64,000 nt of DNA, taken from the IMG/VR virus record IMGVR_UViG_3300044712_001255, positions 1-64,000 of that record. One strand, given 5' to 3'. Positions 54,896 to 64,000 of the stretch are shown here, piece after piece. Position 1 is the stretch's first letter, and the number at the start of each line of letters is the position of its first letter. The position numbers were made by a program, and so were the translations under genes. The notes below the pieces were generated by a model. The model did not search any database and was not told the origin of the DNA. It saw only the letters and a list, made by a program, of their open reading frames with translations.

Positions 54896-57800
54896 GCATT
54901 GATTCACCTGCATCAATACTGTTTGACACGAATGGCACAGAACTAGCCGTTACTGGCTCGACACCTATTCCATCTGGAACTCGTGGATTGTTAGTGCTTG
55001 GAGTCGATTCTTCTGGTAATGCTCAATTTTTAGCAATAGATTCTTCTGGTAATCAAGTCATTGTAGGGGATGGACTTAGCGGGTCAATTCGTGTTCAGGG
55101 CGTAGTGGGTGGCGCGCCACTCATCGCTACGTTGTCGGGATCAAATACGATTACTGGCTCAGTTGGAATTACAAATTGGCCGATTACGCAGAATGTTACA
55201 GGTTCTGTTCTGATTTTGAATCAAGTGAGCATAACTACGACAGGCTCATTACCCGTTGCGATAATAAGTCAACCAAATATCACCGGATCGGTGAATATCA
55301 CAAATCAACTGTTGAACGTAACGGGTTCAGTTGGAATCAATGGCATAACGTTCCCATCATCACAGACGGTGACTGGCTCGGTTGCAATTCTGAATCAAGT
55401 ATCAATCACAACATCTGGAACATTGCCAACGACTATTGTCGGCGTTTCTACGATCACAGGCTCAGTGAGTGTAACAGGGTCTGTTGGAATTACCAATTTC
55501 CCTGTTGTGCAACGAATAACGGGATCGGTGGGCGTTGACGGAATCACATTTCCAGAATCGATTGTTGTTACGTCCACTGGTTCTCTAGCCGTCGCAGTAC
55601 AAAGCCTACCAAATATCACAGGTTCAGTAAATGTTACAAATTCATTATTGAATGTAGCCGGTAATGTAATTGTTACGTCTACTGGTTCATTGCCTGTGGT
55701 GATTCAAGGAACACCAACGATAACGGGATCAGTCGCTGTAGTTACGCCGATAAGCATAGCAGGTGTTGTATCTGTCACAACTACTGGATCCTTGTCTGTA
55801 GCTGTTCAATCATTGCCTAACATTACCGGTTCTGTCAATATCACAAATCAGGTGCTCAATGTCACAGGTTCAGTTGGCGTCGATGGAATCACATTCCCAG
55901 AATCGATCGCAGTTACATCAACAGGATCACTTGCTGTAGCCGTACAGACGTTACCAAATATAACAGGGTCTGTCAATGTAACAAATTCTGTATTAACGAT
56001 CACAGGATCGGTGGGAGTGAATGGCATTACATTCCCGTCTTCACAGACAGTGACTGGTTCTGTTAGTATCACAAACCAAGTCACTGTTACATCGACGGGT
56101 TCACTGGCTGTTTCGCTTTCAGGGGTAGACGTAATCTCTGGCGCATTGTCGACTGGATTTATCAATTCAGTTGATCTAAGTAACTCGACTTCCACGCCGA
56201 TGACTGGTAGCGGAATCTTTCAAGGGTCCACTATTGATCTATTGGGATACGCATCATTAGCTTATTCTGTCTTCTCTGATAAGGATAGCGCAACAAATGG
56301 CGTAATTGTACAGTTTAGTCCGAATGGGAACGACTGGGATGATCGCGTCAAGAACACGTATACAGCCGACGGCACGGTATCTGATCTCGTCGTTCGCCCT
56401 CACGACAGGTACGCGAGAATCAAGTATATCAATGGTAATCAGGCACAGTCTACGTTTCGTTTCCAGACGATCCTGAGCAGGATACCAACAATGGGAGATT
56501 CGATTGGCATCGATCATCCGCCAACATCAGGCGATGATGCGATGCTTGTCAAGGCGATCATATCAGGTAAATCGAGTGCAGGTGGAGGCGCATACGTTGA
56601 CGTGAAGGTCAACCCAGCAGGATCTTTGTTGCTGGGCGGGGGTGTTACACCAACTGATACGTACGCGAATCCAACAGACGCTTTACCTTCCGTCGCGTTC
56701 AACATGGGATGGAATGGCACAAGTTGGGATCGTATCACAAGTGATGGTATTAACACTGATGCAACGGTGCAATATACGTCCGGTACTTTACATGTTCGTT
56801 CATTCCCGCAACTATTCAACGGAACAACATGGGATCGTCAACGTGGCACGATTGCGAACGGTCTGCTGGTAGATGTATCACGCATCATCAGCGGCGTGTC
56901 TGTATATACGACGGGAACATTGCAGACTACTGGTTCAGTAGGAATCACCAATCAAGTTGTTATCACCACAACGGGATCTTTGCCTGTGTCTGTGGGTAAC
57001 TTTCCGACATCATATTCAATCACAAGCACGGGATCGCTTGCAGTCGCAATACAGTCACAGCCAAATATCACAGGTAGTGTAAACGTCACAAATAGTTTAT
57101 TCAATGTCACTGGGTCTGTTGGCGTCAATGGCATCGTGTTTCCAACAACACAGACAGTGACGGGTTCTGTTGCCATATTAAACCAAGTTGTTATAACATC
57201 AACAGGATCATTACCAGTTACGTTTTCTGGTGTTTCAAATATTACTGGTTCCGTAGACGTAACAGGAAGTGTTGGTGTTACTAACTGGCCAGCTACATTG
57301 ACTGTAACTGGTTCTGTGTTATCATTGCCTGCCGGCATTCAACCCATCACCGGGTCGGTTGCGATCTTGAATCAAGTATCAATTACGACATCTGGAACAT
57401 TGCCTGTAACATTTTCTGGTACGTCTACAATTACTGGTTCAGTTGGAATATCACAGGAAGTCGCAGTAACTGTTCAAGACAAAATAACATCATATACCTT
57501 TAACGCAATAAATTCATCTGTAACGTTAGCGGTGAATGGTCGTCAGGGTATCGCGATTCGTGTACCCGCAGGAAATACACATGATGGCTCAATAAACATT
57601 CAATATTCAATGGATGATGGTGCAACATGGTTAGGTCTTGCTGCGTATTACGCAGGTGATCTACAATATACTCTTGATTCTACAAAATCAAGTGCCATCT
57701 ATCCGGCGGCGTGGGTGGCGCAAGGACAAACGTACGTGTGTGATGTGCCGTCAGGTATTACACATGTCAGATTGAATACAAATACTTGGACATCAGGCGC

Positions 57801-60360
57801 GGTGACAGTGTCTATTTCATTGACAGCTGCGCATACCGTGTTTCCATATCACAGATTTGAGGCTCAAAATCATGCTGCGGCTCCGACGACATGCGCAGTG
57901 ATTGGTGGCGTTGTTGCAAATGATTCAAGCACAGTGCGTTTTGCAACTGTAAAAGAACCGAATACGACAGCATTAATGTCAGATCCTGCGCTTGTCGTAG
58001 CAATCAACCCGACTACGACAGCGTCCGTAAATGTGTTAAACAGTGTATCTGTCACTGGTTCTGTGGGTATCACGAACTGGCCAGTCGTGCAACAGGTGAC
58101 GGGTTCTGTTGAACTCGTCGGTTCAATCACAGCAACAAACCCATCGGTACTATTGACAGGTAGCACAGAACCGAGCTATGCTACGCTCGTTGCCGGTCTC
58201 GACGAAGACACAGGTCAGGTGATTCCTATCAATGTGGGTCCCATGGGCCACCTTGGCATCGCAGGCAACACAATGGTTGGGTACGCGGGTGAAGTGACTG
58301 TTTGGTCGGCAACAGGTAATACAGCGCCGGCAGTTGACGCATATGGAGGTCTTTACACACGTGGTCAGGTGATGACTGACGAAGGTAGCTTCAATGAAGA
58401 TTTTCGTCTGACGCTGAGTAGTTCGCTTGCGGGTACTGTGATTTTCACAAGTGGGTCTAGCACAGTTACAGGTACTGGCACGTCTTTCTTGACGCAAGTA
58501 AACTACTATTCGTTCATCAAAGCCGAATCAGATACAGACGCCTTTTGGATTCCTGTCGATAACGTGACATCTGATTCAGAACTTACGTTGACAGCACCTT
58601 ACGCTTCCGCGACCGTCACAGGTTCTGCCGTTGTATCGAACTGGCAGCCTCACGTTGGTGCGGGTGGTCTCATTGCGATGTCAGGTTCGTCGGTGAACGT
58701 CGGTGCCGGTCCGACGAGCGGGTCTGTGACTGGGTTTCACACGATCGCTGACTATATCCCAGTCTTGGGAACAATGAAGTTCTCTCTGTCACAGCGAATC
58801 GCCAACCAACAACTGTTCTTTGGGTTCTTCAATGACATCGACAACCCGCAGATGACAGCAGGGTTCCTCTTTGATGGCACCACAAATACAACAGTCAAGA
58901 CAGTGTCTTCAACGACGTCATACGATCTAGACACGCAGACGACACCCGTCACGCTTCCCAACGGCGTGACATCAGCGGTCCAGAACACGTATCAGGTCAT
59001 CGCCCGTCAGGGTAACCTAGCGTTTCTTGTCAACGGGTATCAGGTCTCGACTCATAACCAACACGTGCTGTCGCCCTACGCTGACCTGAAGTTCGGTTTC
59101 TACGCTCGCAACCTTGCCAACGTTTCAAATGCTACGACGGCGTCAATCGATTCGGCGATCTTTGAGTCGATCGACAGGCTAGACGCTCAGGTCTGGAACA
59201 CCAACCCAGACTGGTTGCAGACAACAGTAAACGGTAAGACGACCACAGGTGTCACTGTACCGATCCAGGTTAGCACTGCCGGTATCGTCACAGTCGCAGG
59301 CGCCGTCACTGTCACAAATGCGACAGCCGCAAACCTCAACGCTCGTGTTGTTGGGCCCAATACACCATCTGACGCATTTGCTAACCCAACAACAGCAGTG
59401 CCAGATCAAGCATTTCTACAAATTTGGAATGCATCTGGTAACTCTTGGACTCGTGCCCGTGGCATGAATACCAACGTTGACTCAGTTGCTGTAACAACAG
59501 GATCTACGGCGTTAGCTGTTGGGGCTCATTTGTTCGGATATAACGATACGTCAACAGCATGGGATCGCATTCGTACTGTTAATGGTGCGCTTACAGTAGA
59601 TTTGACATGTTCAGTGGCAACGGGTTCAACTGCGCCGCAACAAGCAATTGCTCTCGGTGCAGTTGATTCTGGTAACATTATTCGTGGTCTTCAGGTCACA
59701 AATTCATCAGCATCATTCTGGTTGAAGACACAAAATCCAAGTGAGTATTTGACAGGCTCTGGCGCACCACAATACGCAACATTAATTGGTGGCTCTGATA
59801 ATGGAACAATGAGAGCGTTCCATGTTGAGTCGGATGGTACGTTACGTATTGACCCAACTGGGACGACTACACAACCAATATCCGGTGCTGTGAACGTAAC
59901 AAACACAGTTCTTACCGTCACAGGCTCAGTGCTTTCGCTCCCAGCTGGTACGCAATCAATCACCGGTTCAGTTGCAATTCTGAATCAAGTATCAATTACT
60001 ACGTCAGGCTCGTTGCCAGTTACTCTTGTAGGCGTATCAACGATAACTGGTTCAGTAGCTACACTACCAATACGTGCGAATAATCAGACAACAACGTCAG
60101 TGTCTGCGTCAACAGGCGCAGTGACTTTGTTAGCGGCAAATGGAAGTCGTTTGGCGGCATCAATCTATAACAACACCAACCAAGATTTGTACGTAAAGTA
60201 TGGTTCTGGTGCATCACTAACGCCAGCGTTGTGGAAGGTACGTATTACCAAGAGTGGTGGGTACTTTGAATTTCCACAGCCGGTATTCACGGGTCTAGTA
60301 TCAGGCGTATGGGCGGCGTCCGGATCAGGTTCTGCATTGATATCAGAAGAGACGCCGTAA
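54892..60360 (+). CDS. Long tail-fibre-like protein with TGS(V/L) repeats
   Basis: 1822 aa, Thr/Ser/Gly/Val-rich; repeat blocks alternate with globular modules. Confidence 0.75.
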   Translation: MSIDSPASILFDTNGTELAVTGSTPIPSGTRGLLVLGVDSSGNAQFLAIDSSGNQVIVGDGLSGSIRVQGVVGGAPLIATLSGSNTITGSVGITNWPITQNVTGSVLILNQVSITTTGSLPVAIISQPNITGSVNITNQLLNVTGSVGINGITFPSSQTVTGSVAILNQVSITTSGTLPTTIVGVSTITGSVSVTGSVGITNFPVVQRITGSVGVDGITFPESIVVTSTGSLAVAVQSLPNITGSVNVTNSLLNVAGNVIVTSTGSLPVVIQGTPTITGSVAVVTPISIAGVVSVTTTGSLSVAVQSLPNITGSVNITNQVLNVTGSVGVDGITFPESIAVTSTGSLAVAVQTLPNITGSVNVTNSVLTITGSVGVNGITFPSSQTVTGSVSITNQVTVTSTGSLAVSLSGVDVISGALSTGFINSVDLSNSTSTPMTGSGIFQGSTIDLLGYASLAYSVFSDKDSATNGVIVQFSPNGNDWDDRVKNTYTADGTVSDLVVRPHDRYARIKYINGNQAQSTFRFQTILSRIPTMGDSIGIDHPPTSGDDAMLVKAIISGKSSAGGGAYVDVKVNPAGSLLLGGGVTPTDTYANPTDALPSVAFNMGWNGTSWDRITSDGINTDATVQYTSGTLHVRSFPQLFNGTTWDRQRGTIANGLLVDVSRIISGVSVYTTGTLQTTGSVGITNQVVITTTGSLPVSVGNFPTSYSITSTGSLAVAIQSQPNITGSVNVTNSLFNVTGSVGVNGIVFPTTQTVTGSVAILNQVVITSTGSLPVTFSGVSNITGSVDVTGSVGVTNWPATLTVTGSVLSLPAGIQPITGSVAILNQVSITTSGTLPVTFSGTSTITGSVGISQEVAVTVQDKITSYTFNAINSSVTLAVNGRQGIAIRVPAGNTHDGSINIQYSMDDGATWLGLAAYYAGDLQYTLDSTKSSAIYPAAWVAQGQTYVCDVPSGITHVRLNTNTWTSGAVTVSISLTAAHTVFPYHRFEAQNHAAAPTTCAVIGGVVANDSSTVRFATVKEPNTTALMSDPALVVAINPTTTASVNVLNSVSVTGSVGITNWPVVQQVTGSVELVGSITATNPSVLLTGSTEPSYATLVAGLDEDTGQVIPINVGPMGHLGIAGNTMVGYAGEVTVWSATGNTAPAVDAYGGLYTRGQVMTDEGSFNEDFRLTLSSSLAGTVIFTSGSSTVTGTGTSFLTQVNYYSFIKAESDTDAFWIPVDNVTSDSELTLTAPYASATVTGSAVVSNWQPHVGAGGLIAMSGSSVNVGAGPTSGSVTGFHTIADYIPVLGTMKFSLSQRIANQQLFFGFFNDIDNPQMTAGFLFDGTTNTTVKTVSSTTSYDLDTQTTPVTLPNGVTSAVQNTYQVIARQGNLAFLVNGYQVSTHNQHVLSPYADLKFGFYARNLANVSNATTASIDSAIFESIDRLDAQVWNTNPDWLQTTVNGKTTTGVTVPIQVSTAGIVTVAGAVTVTNATAANLNARVVGPNTPSDAFANPTTAVPDQAFLQIWNASGNSWTRARGMNTNVDSVAVTTGSTALAVGAHLFGYNDTSTAWDRIRTVNGALTVDLTCSVATGSTAPQQAIALGAVDSGNIIRGLQVTNSSASFWLKTQNPSEYLTGSGAPQYATLIGGSDNGTMRAFHVESDGTLRIDPTGTTTQPISGAVNVTNTVLTVTGSVLSLPAGTQSITGSVAILNQVSITTSGSLPVTLVGVSTITGSVATLPIRANNQTTTSVSASTGAVTLLAANGSRLAASIYNNTNQDLYVKYGSGASLTPALWKVRITKSGGYFEFPQPVFTGLVSGVWAASGSGSALISEETP
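55147..56121 (+). repeat. TGSV repeat block 1; further blocks at about 56926-57450, 58045-58165 and 59890-60065
   Basis: Units such as NITGSVNVTN, TVTGSVAILNQVSITT and STGSLAV; DNA copies of GTTGCAATTCTGAATCAAGTATCAAT at 55381 and 59971. Confidence 0.9.
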
Positions 60361-60378
60361 TTTAGAATAGGAAAGAAT

Positions 60379-61932
60379 ATGCCTCTTTTTCCATCTGTTG
60401 ACGCACAAACCGTATTCAATAACGCCCAAGAGCCTTCCGGGTGGCGACCTACCGGCGGCATGGGTACGACGGAGACATATGCAAGTTCATCGTCAGCAAT
60501 CAGCGTAAATGATGGTACACGTACTTTTTCTATCACGCCTATTGGAAATTCATTCACATTCTACGTGTATGGCGTGCCATTCACAAAATTCTCAGCAGAT
60601 TCCATAACATTCACAAATACTGAGGGCACTTGGTTTTTCTACTATGATATAAACGGCGTATTACAATCTACGCAGAATAACGCTAATTGGACTAATACGT
60701 TACTCGGTAATGGCGCGTTAGTTGCATCAATCTATTGGGACGCTCAAAACGCTCAAACAATTTTGTTTTCTGAGGAGCGACATGGGTTCATGCAAGGTGA
60801 TATCCATCTTGAAATGCATAATACGTTTGGTACGGAATGGGTATCTGGTGGCGTAATCACTAATAGCGTCTCTGGCTCAGGCAACGTAGCGGCCGACGCA
60901 CAATTAGATGTTTCAACCGTAACAATCTATGATGAAGACATTAGAATGACATGGGCAAATGGGTTGCCACAAAAGTTAGCAACGCCAGCTAGAATTCCGA
61001 TTTATTATCGTTATGGTAATCTAGGTGTTTGGCGTAAAAAAGCGGCTGATGATTACCCAATGATTTATCCAGGCGCCGCACCATTTGCTACGGGATCAAG
61101 AGTGCCATATAATCAGAACACTGGTACAAATTGGCAACTTACGGATATTGGTAATGCGAATTACGTATTGATACACTATTACGCAACGAACGATATTCGT
61201 GAGCCAATTATCGGTATTCAAGGACAATCTGTATATACTACGTTAGCGTCTGCACAATCCGGTGTTCAGACTGAACTTTTGAGAATTTCGTCAATAAACA
61301 AGACGTTAAGCGCTGAGATTGCACCGTTAGGTAGTGTTATAGTGCAATCAGCAAATGCATATGCAAATACACCAAAGGCGAGATTTGTTGCTGTAGATGC
61401 TTCAAATAACACATATGTCGATTTTCGTGGTAACACGTATCGAGGGGGAGCGTCTGCTGGCATCACAGTGCACGGGCAATTGTCTGGGCTGTCAGCAGAT
61501 GATCACCAACAATACATCTTGGTTGACGGTAGTCGTCCGTTCACTGGTCCTCAATCAATGGGCAACAATAACTTGTCTAATATCAAGGTTGCTTATTACA
61601 ATACGTGGCAAGTGATTACAGCATCAACAGCAACGACAACTGTAGATTTTTCTTCATATCAACAGGCTACAGTGTTGTTGGCAACAAGCTCAACAACAAT
61701 TACGCTTGCACAACCACCTGGGCCTGGCACGTTTCGCTTGACACTGATTCAAGATACAACTGGTTCACGTAGCGTATCATGGGCGGTATCTGGTACTGGC
61801 GTGCAGCTGTGGGGTGTTTCAGGATCACTACAAATTGCAACGTCAGCGTCAGCTCGTACCGCTGTAGGGCTTTGGTATGACAACTTTCTTTGGACGGGTG
61901 TTGCTTCGTCACCAATGCAGAGGATTGTCTAA
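60379..61932 (+). CDS. Putative tail fibre/virion protein
   Basis: HGQLSGLSADDHQQY and C-terminal FRLTLIQDTTGSRSVSW motifs, typical of phage fibres. Confidence 0.65.
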   Translation: MPLFPSVDAQTVFNNAQEPSGWRPTGGMGTTETYASSSSAISVNDGTRTFSITPIGNSFTFYVYGVPFTKFSADSITFTNTEGTWFFYYDINGVLQSTQNNANWTNTLLGNGALVASIYWDAQNAQTILFSEERHGFMQGDIHLEMHNTFGTEWVSGGVITNSVSGSGNVAADAQLDVSTVTIYDEDIRMTWANGLPQKLATPARIPIYYRYGNLGVWRKKAADDYPMIYPGAAPFATGSRVPYNQNTGTNWQLTDIGNANYVLIHYYATNDIREPIIGIQGQSVYTTLASAQSGVQTELLRISSINKTLSAEIAPLGSVIVQSANAYANTPKARFVAVDASNNTYVDFRGNTYRGGASAGITVHGQLSGLSADDHQQYILVDGSRPFTGPQSMGNNNLSNIKVAYYNTWQVITASTATTTVDFSSYQQATVLLATSSTTITLAQPPGPGTFRLTLIQDTTGSRSVSWAVSGTGVQLWGVSGSLQIATSASARTAVGLWYDNFLWTGVASSPMQRIV

Positions 61933-62645
61933 TGGCAATTACAATAGGCACCGCGGCGTCAATAGGCGCGTATCCATTAAATCCAGTGAGCGTAAGTCAT
62001 ACGTTAGGATCGAGCACTAACAGAGCTGTCATCGCGTTTTTTTGTCTTCACGGTGCAACATCATACACAATAACGCAAGCAAAATACAATAATGTCAATA
62101 TGGTGTTAGCTGGTTCAGGAATTTGTCCTGCTCTTTACAGCCGAGCAATTGCTATTTACGCGTACTATTTGCTTGAGGCAAATTTACCGGCGGCAGGCAC
62201 ATATACATGCACATTTCAGTCAAGTGCGGGATATGCTGGTGGTCTCTTGGTACTTGATTTGGCCGGCGTCGTTCAATCAGCCCCTAGCTACACAGCAACA
62301 GGAAATAGTAGAAATCCTGATTTGACTGGCGCATACAATTATACGATAAATGCAGCAGCATCAACTACGTTGATTCTTGATGCAACATCAACTGAGATTA
62401 ACAACACAAATACGCCCGATGCAGGACAAACAGACGTATTTGGTACCGTCAATGAAACTGGTAGCACATATTGTTGGGGGTCACGAAAGTTCGCCTCAGG
62501 TGCTGGATCTCAAACAATGGGATGGACTCCTGGTGGTCAATATTCTCACTACGAACAATTGTTACTTGCAATAGACGCATATGCTACGCCAGCACCCCCA
62601 GGAAACCCTGCGCTTGATAATGCTTGTTTCATGAGTGGCTTTTGA
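61932..62645 (+). CDS. Putative virion beta-sandwich protein
   Basis: TAATG overlap with the upstream gene; start moved from 61890. Confidence 0.6.
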   Translation: MAITIGTAASIGAYPLNPVSVSHTLGSSTNRAVIAFFCLHGATSYTITQAKYNNVNMVLAGSGICPALYSRAIAIYAYYLLEANLPAAGTYTCTFQSSAGYAGGLLVLDLAGVVQSAPSYTATGNSRNPDLTGAYNYTINAAASTTLILDATSTEINNTNTPDAGQTDVFGTVNETGSTYCWGSRKFASGAGSQTMGWTPGGQYSHYEQLLLAIDAYATPAPPGNPALDNACFMSGF

Positions 62646-62671
62646 TGTAGTATACTTGCCTACATATCGTT

Positions 62672-63121
62672 ATGACGATTCAACAACTTCGTAACTGTAA
62701 TATGGGTCGTCGGTTAGCGAATGCAACCGGGTCGAATGGTGTTGGGTACACGTTGATCAATTACGATGGAAGCACATATCAACCACGTACTGTATCGGGC
62801 GTATACCAACTCGCTATTGATAGTGGAATTTATTCAGCATACATCACTTTTCCTGATCAATGGCGAGGTCAGATTTTGTGGGATACGGGGACGTTTTTTT
62901 CTGGATCTGTTCCATATTTTGCGACAGAACAATACAACTACGAAGAAAATAACCCACGAGTCGATAGCATCTACAATATCGAATATGGTCGCTGGCGAAT
63001 TGTTGCAAATCAGATGATTTTTTATAAAGATGATAACGTCACAGAAGTTGCACGCTTTAACTTGTTTGATGAGAACGGTGCGCCGACGATGGACGCTGTG
63101 TTCGAGCGTCAGAAAGCTTGA
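62672..63121 (+). CDS. Putative virion protein
   Basis: C-terminal GRWRIVANQMIFY...VARFNLFD...FER. Confidence 0.6.
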   Translation: MTIQQLRNCNMGRRLANATGSNGVGYTLINYDGSTYQPRTVSGVYQLAIDSGIYSAYITFPDQWRGQILWDTGTFFSGSVPYFATEQYNYEENNPRVDSIYNIEYGRWRIVANQMIFYKDDNVTEVARFNLFDENGAPTMDAVFERQKA

Positions 63122-63124
63122 TGT

Positions 63125-63472
63125 GTGGGTATTGTTAATAAAATCATCACTAGAGGATTTGGATTTGCTCGTGATGGCATAGGAAATCGAGCGGGTCCTG
63201 TCACTCGTGGGTATGGCGGCAAGTTCATTGAACAAATAGTTGAACTTGTTCGTCACCGAGTTTTAGGCGGAAAAGCAAAGCGTCGCTATGAAGACATTGA
63301 TGAAATTATCGTGCATGCAAAACTGATTGACGTGAATGACGCTCCACCATCGCATAAAATTGAGGGATGGGTGCGAGTCAAGGTGTCAGGTGAGTACGTT
63401 CGATCGTTGGTGAAGTTGGTGACTAGCAGAGTAAAATCGTACCTAGTTAAGGCAACTCGCATCAAGCGATAG
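63125..63472 (+). CDS. Hypothetical protein
   Basis: IITRGFG...VTRGYG internal repeat. Confidence 0.65.
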   Translation: MGIVNKIITRGFGFARDGIGNRAGPVTRGYGGKFIEQIVELVRHRVLGGKAKRRYEDIDEIIVHAKLIDVNDAPPSHKIEGWVRVKVSGEYVRSLVKLVTSRVKSYLVKATRIKR

Positions 63473-63479
63473 GAACGAC

Positions 63480-63486
63480 ATAGTTA
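63480..63486 (+). promoter_or_regulatory. Candidate late promoter ATAGTTA
   Basis: Recurrent motif, 9 nt before ATG 63496. Confidence 0.45.
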
Positions 63487-63495
63487 TTGGGAGCT

Positions 63496-64000
63496 ATGCA
63501 ACCACTTAAAGAATCAATAGATCTTGATGTCGATAGCGTCAATGAGTTACTGTTCAAGGTTCAGGTTGAAGGAACTGATGTCGCGCCTGCTCGCGTAAGG
63601 TTGGCAGTTGAAGGCGATGATGTGTCATATATGTTCAAAGGACATAGCACAGAACAACCAGGAATAGTGCAATTTGACATTCCAAACATGGCAGGTCGTT
63701 TGAAGGAGGGGCTTTATTCGTCTAGGGTTGAAGTATTCATCGACAATCGATACTTTGCGCCAGTTGAATTTGACATAAACTTCAAGCAACCTCTTAAGGT
63801 ATCCGCAGAAAGCATAGTCGTCAATCGACCGCGAAAACAGGATGTATCGGTAAAGGTTACGCCTGTCATTATCGAACAGCCTGTTCAACAACGACCACAA
63901 GTTACCAGACATGTTGGCCCACAACCCGTCAAAATCGAAGAAGATACGCCAGTCAAACCACGCGTAAGCCAACAACAAAGAACTCCAGTAGTTGAAACAA
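63496..64000 (+). CDS. Hypothetical protein; partial, runs off the right end
   Basis: Not in ORF track. MQPLKESIDLDVDSVNELLFKVQVEG... is open to the window edge; GGAG SD. Confidence 0.75.
   Translation, partial: MQPLKESIDLDVDSVNELLFKVQVEGTDVAPARVRLAVEGDDVSYMFKGHSTEQPGIVQFDIPNMAGRLKEGLYSSRVEVFIDNRYFAPVEFDINFKQPLKVSAESIVVNRPRKQDVSVKVTPVIIEQPVQQRPQVTRHVGPQPVKIEEDTPVKPRVSQQQRTPVVET

Noticed and set aside
55147-60065. Ice-nucleation-type repeats
   Set aside because: INP repeats are strict 16-mers (AGYGSTxTA...); these units vary in length and lack that pattern.
54892-62645. Diversity-generating retroelement acting on the fibre genes
   Set aside because: No reverse transcriptase in the window and no repeat pair differing only at adenines; the repeats are in-frame protein repeats.
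1-64000. Stop-codon reassignment (alternative genetic code)
   Set aside because: Conserved genes are full length under the standard code, and TAA, TAG and TGA all end genes.
1-64000. CRISPR array, tRNA or rRNA genes
   Set aside because: No repeat-spacer series or cloverleaf seen; intergenic gaps are short except for the tmRNA. A manual scan could miss degenerate cases.

Overview
A gene-dense 64-kb segment of a large T4-like (Caudoviricetes) phage genome, read with the standard genetic code; almost all genes after 6 kb are on the + strand. In order: a minus-strand cluster of glycosyltransferases and a SAM methyltransferase; a degenerate GroEL-like gene, ClpP, a DinG-type helicase, an Hc1-like protein and PIN-PhoH; a block of large putative baseplate/tail proteins; gp4-like nuclease, RuvC-like resolvase, primase and a fused Mre11-Rad50 (gp47-gp46); the head module (terminase, intein-containing portal, prohead protease, peptide deformylase, scaffold, major capsid protein); a free-standing putative homing endonuclease, a second Toprim gene, a complete tmRNA gene (tag ANDNATVLRAAA), two methyltransferases, an M15 endolysin and a long TGSV-repeat fibre cluster. 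The most unusual signals are: (1) a 406-aa HNH intein in the essential portal that begins with Pro and keeps only part of the class-3 signature; (2) a GroEL homolog lacking both catalytic Asp residues; (3) a repeated TAnnnT-N6-start architecture that predicts leaderless mRNAs for seven non-structural genes, next to a separate ATAnTTA motif before head/virion genes; (4) a dispersed protein quality-control set (tmRNA, ClpP, deformylase, GroEL-like). All family calls come from manual motif recognition, with no database searches. Several start codons were moved from the ORF track where SD or promoter evidence supported it.
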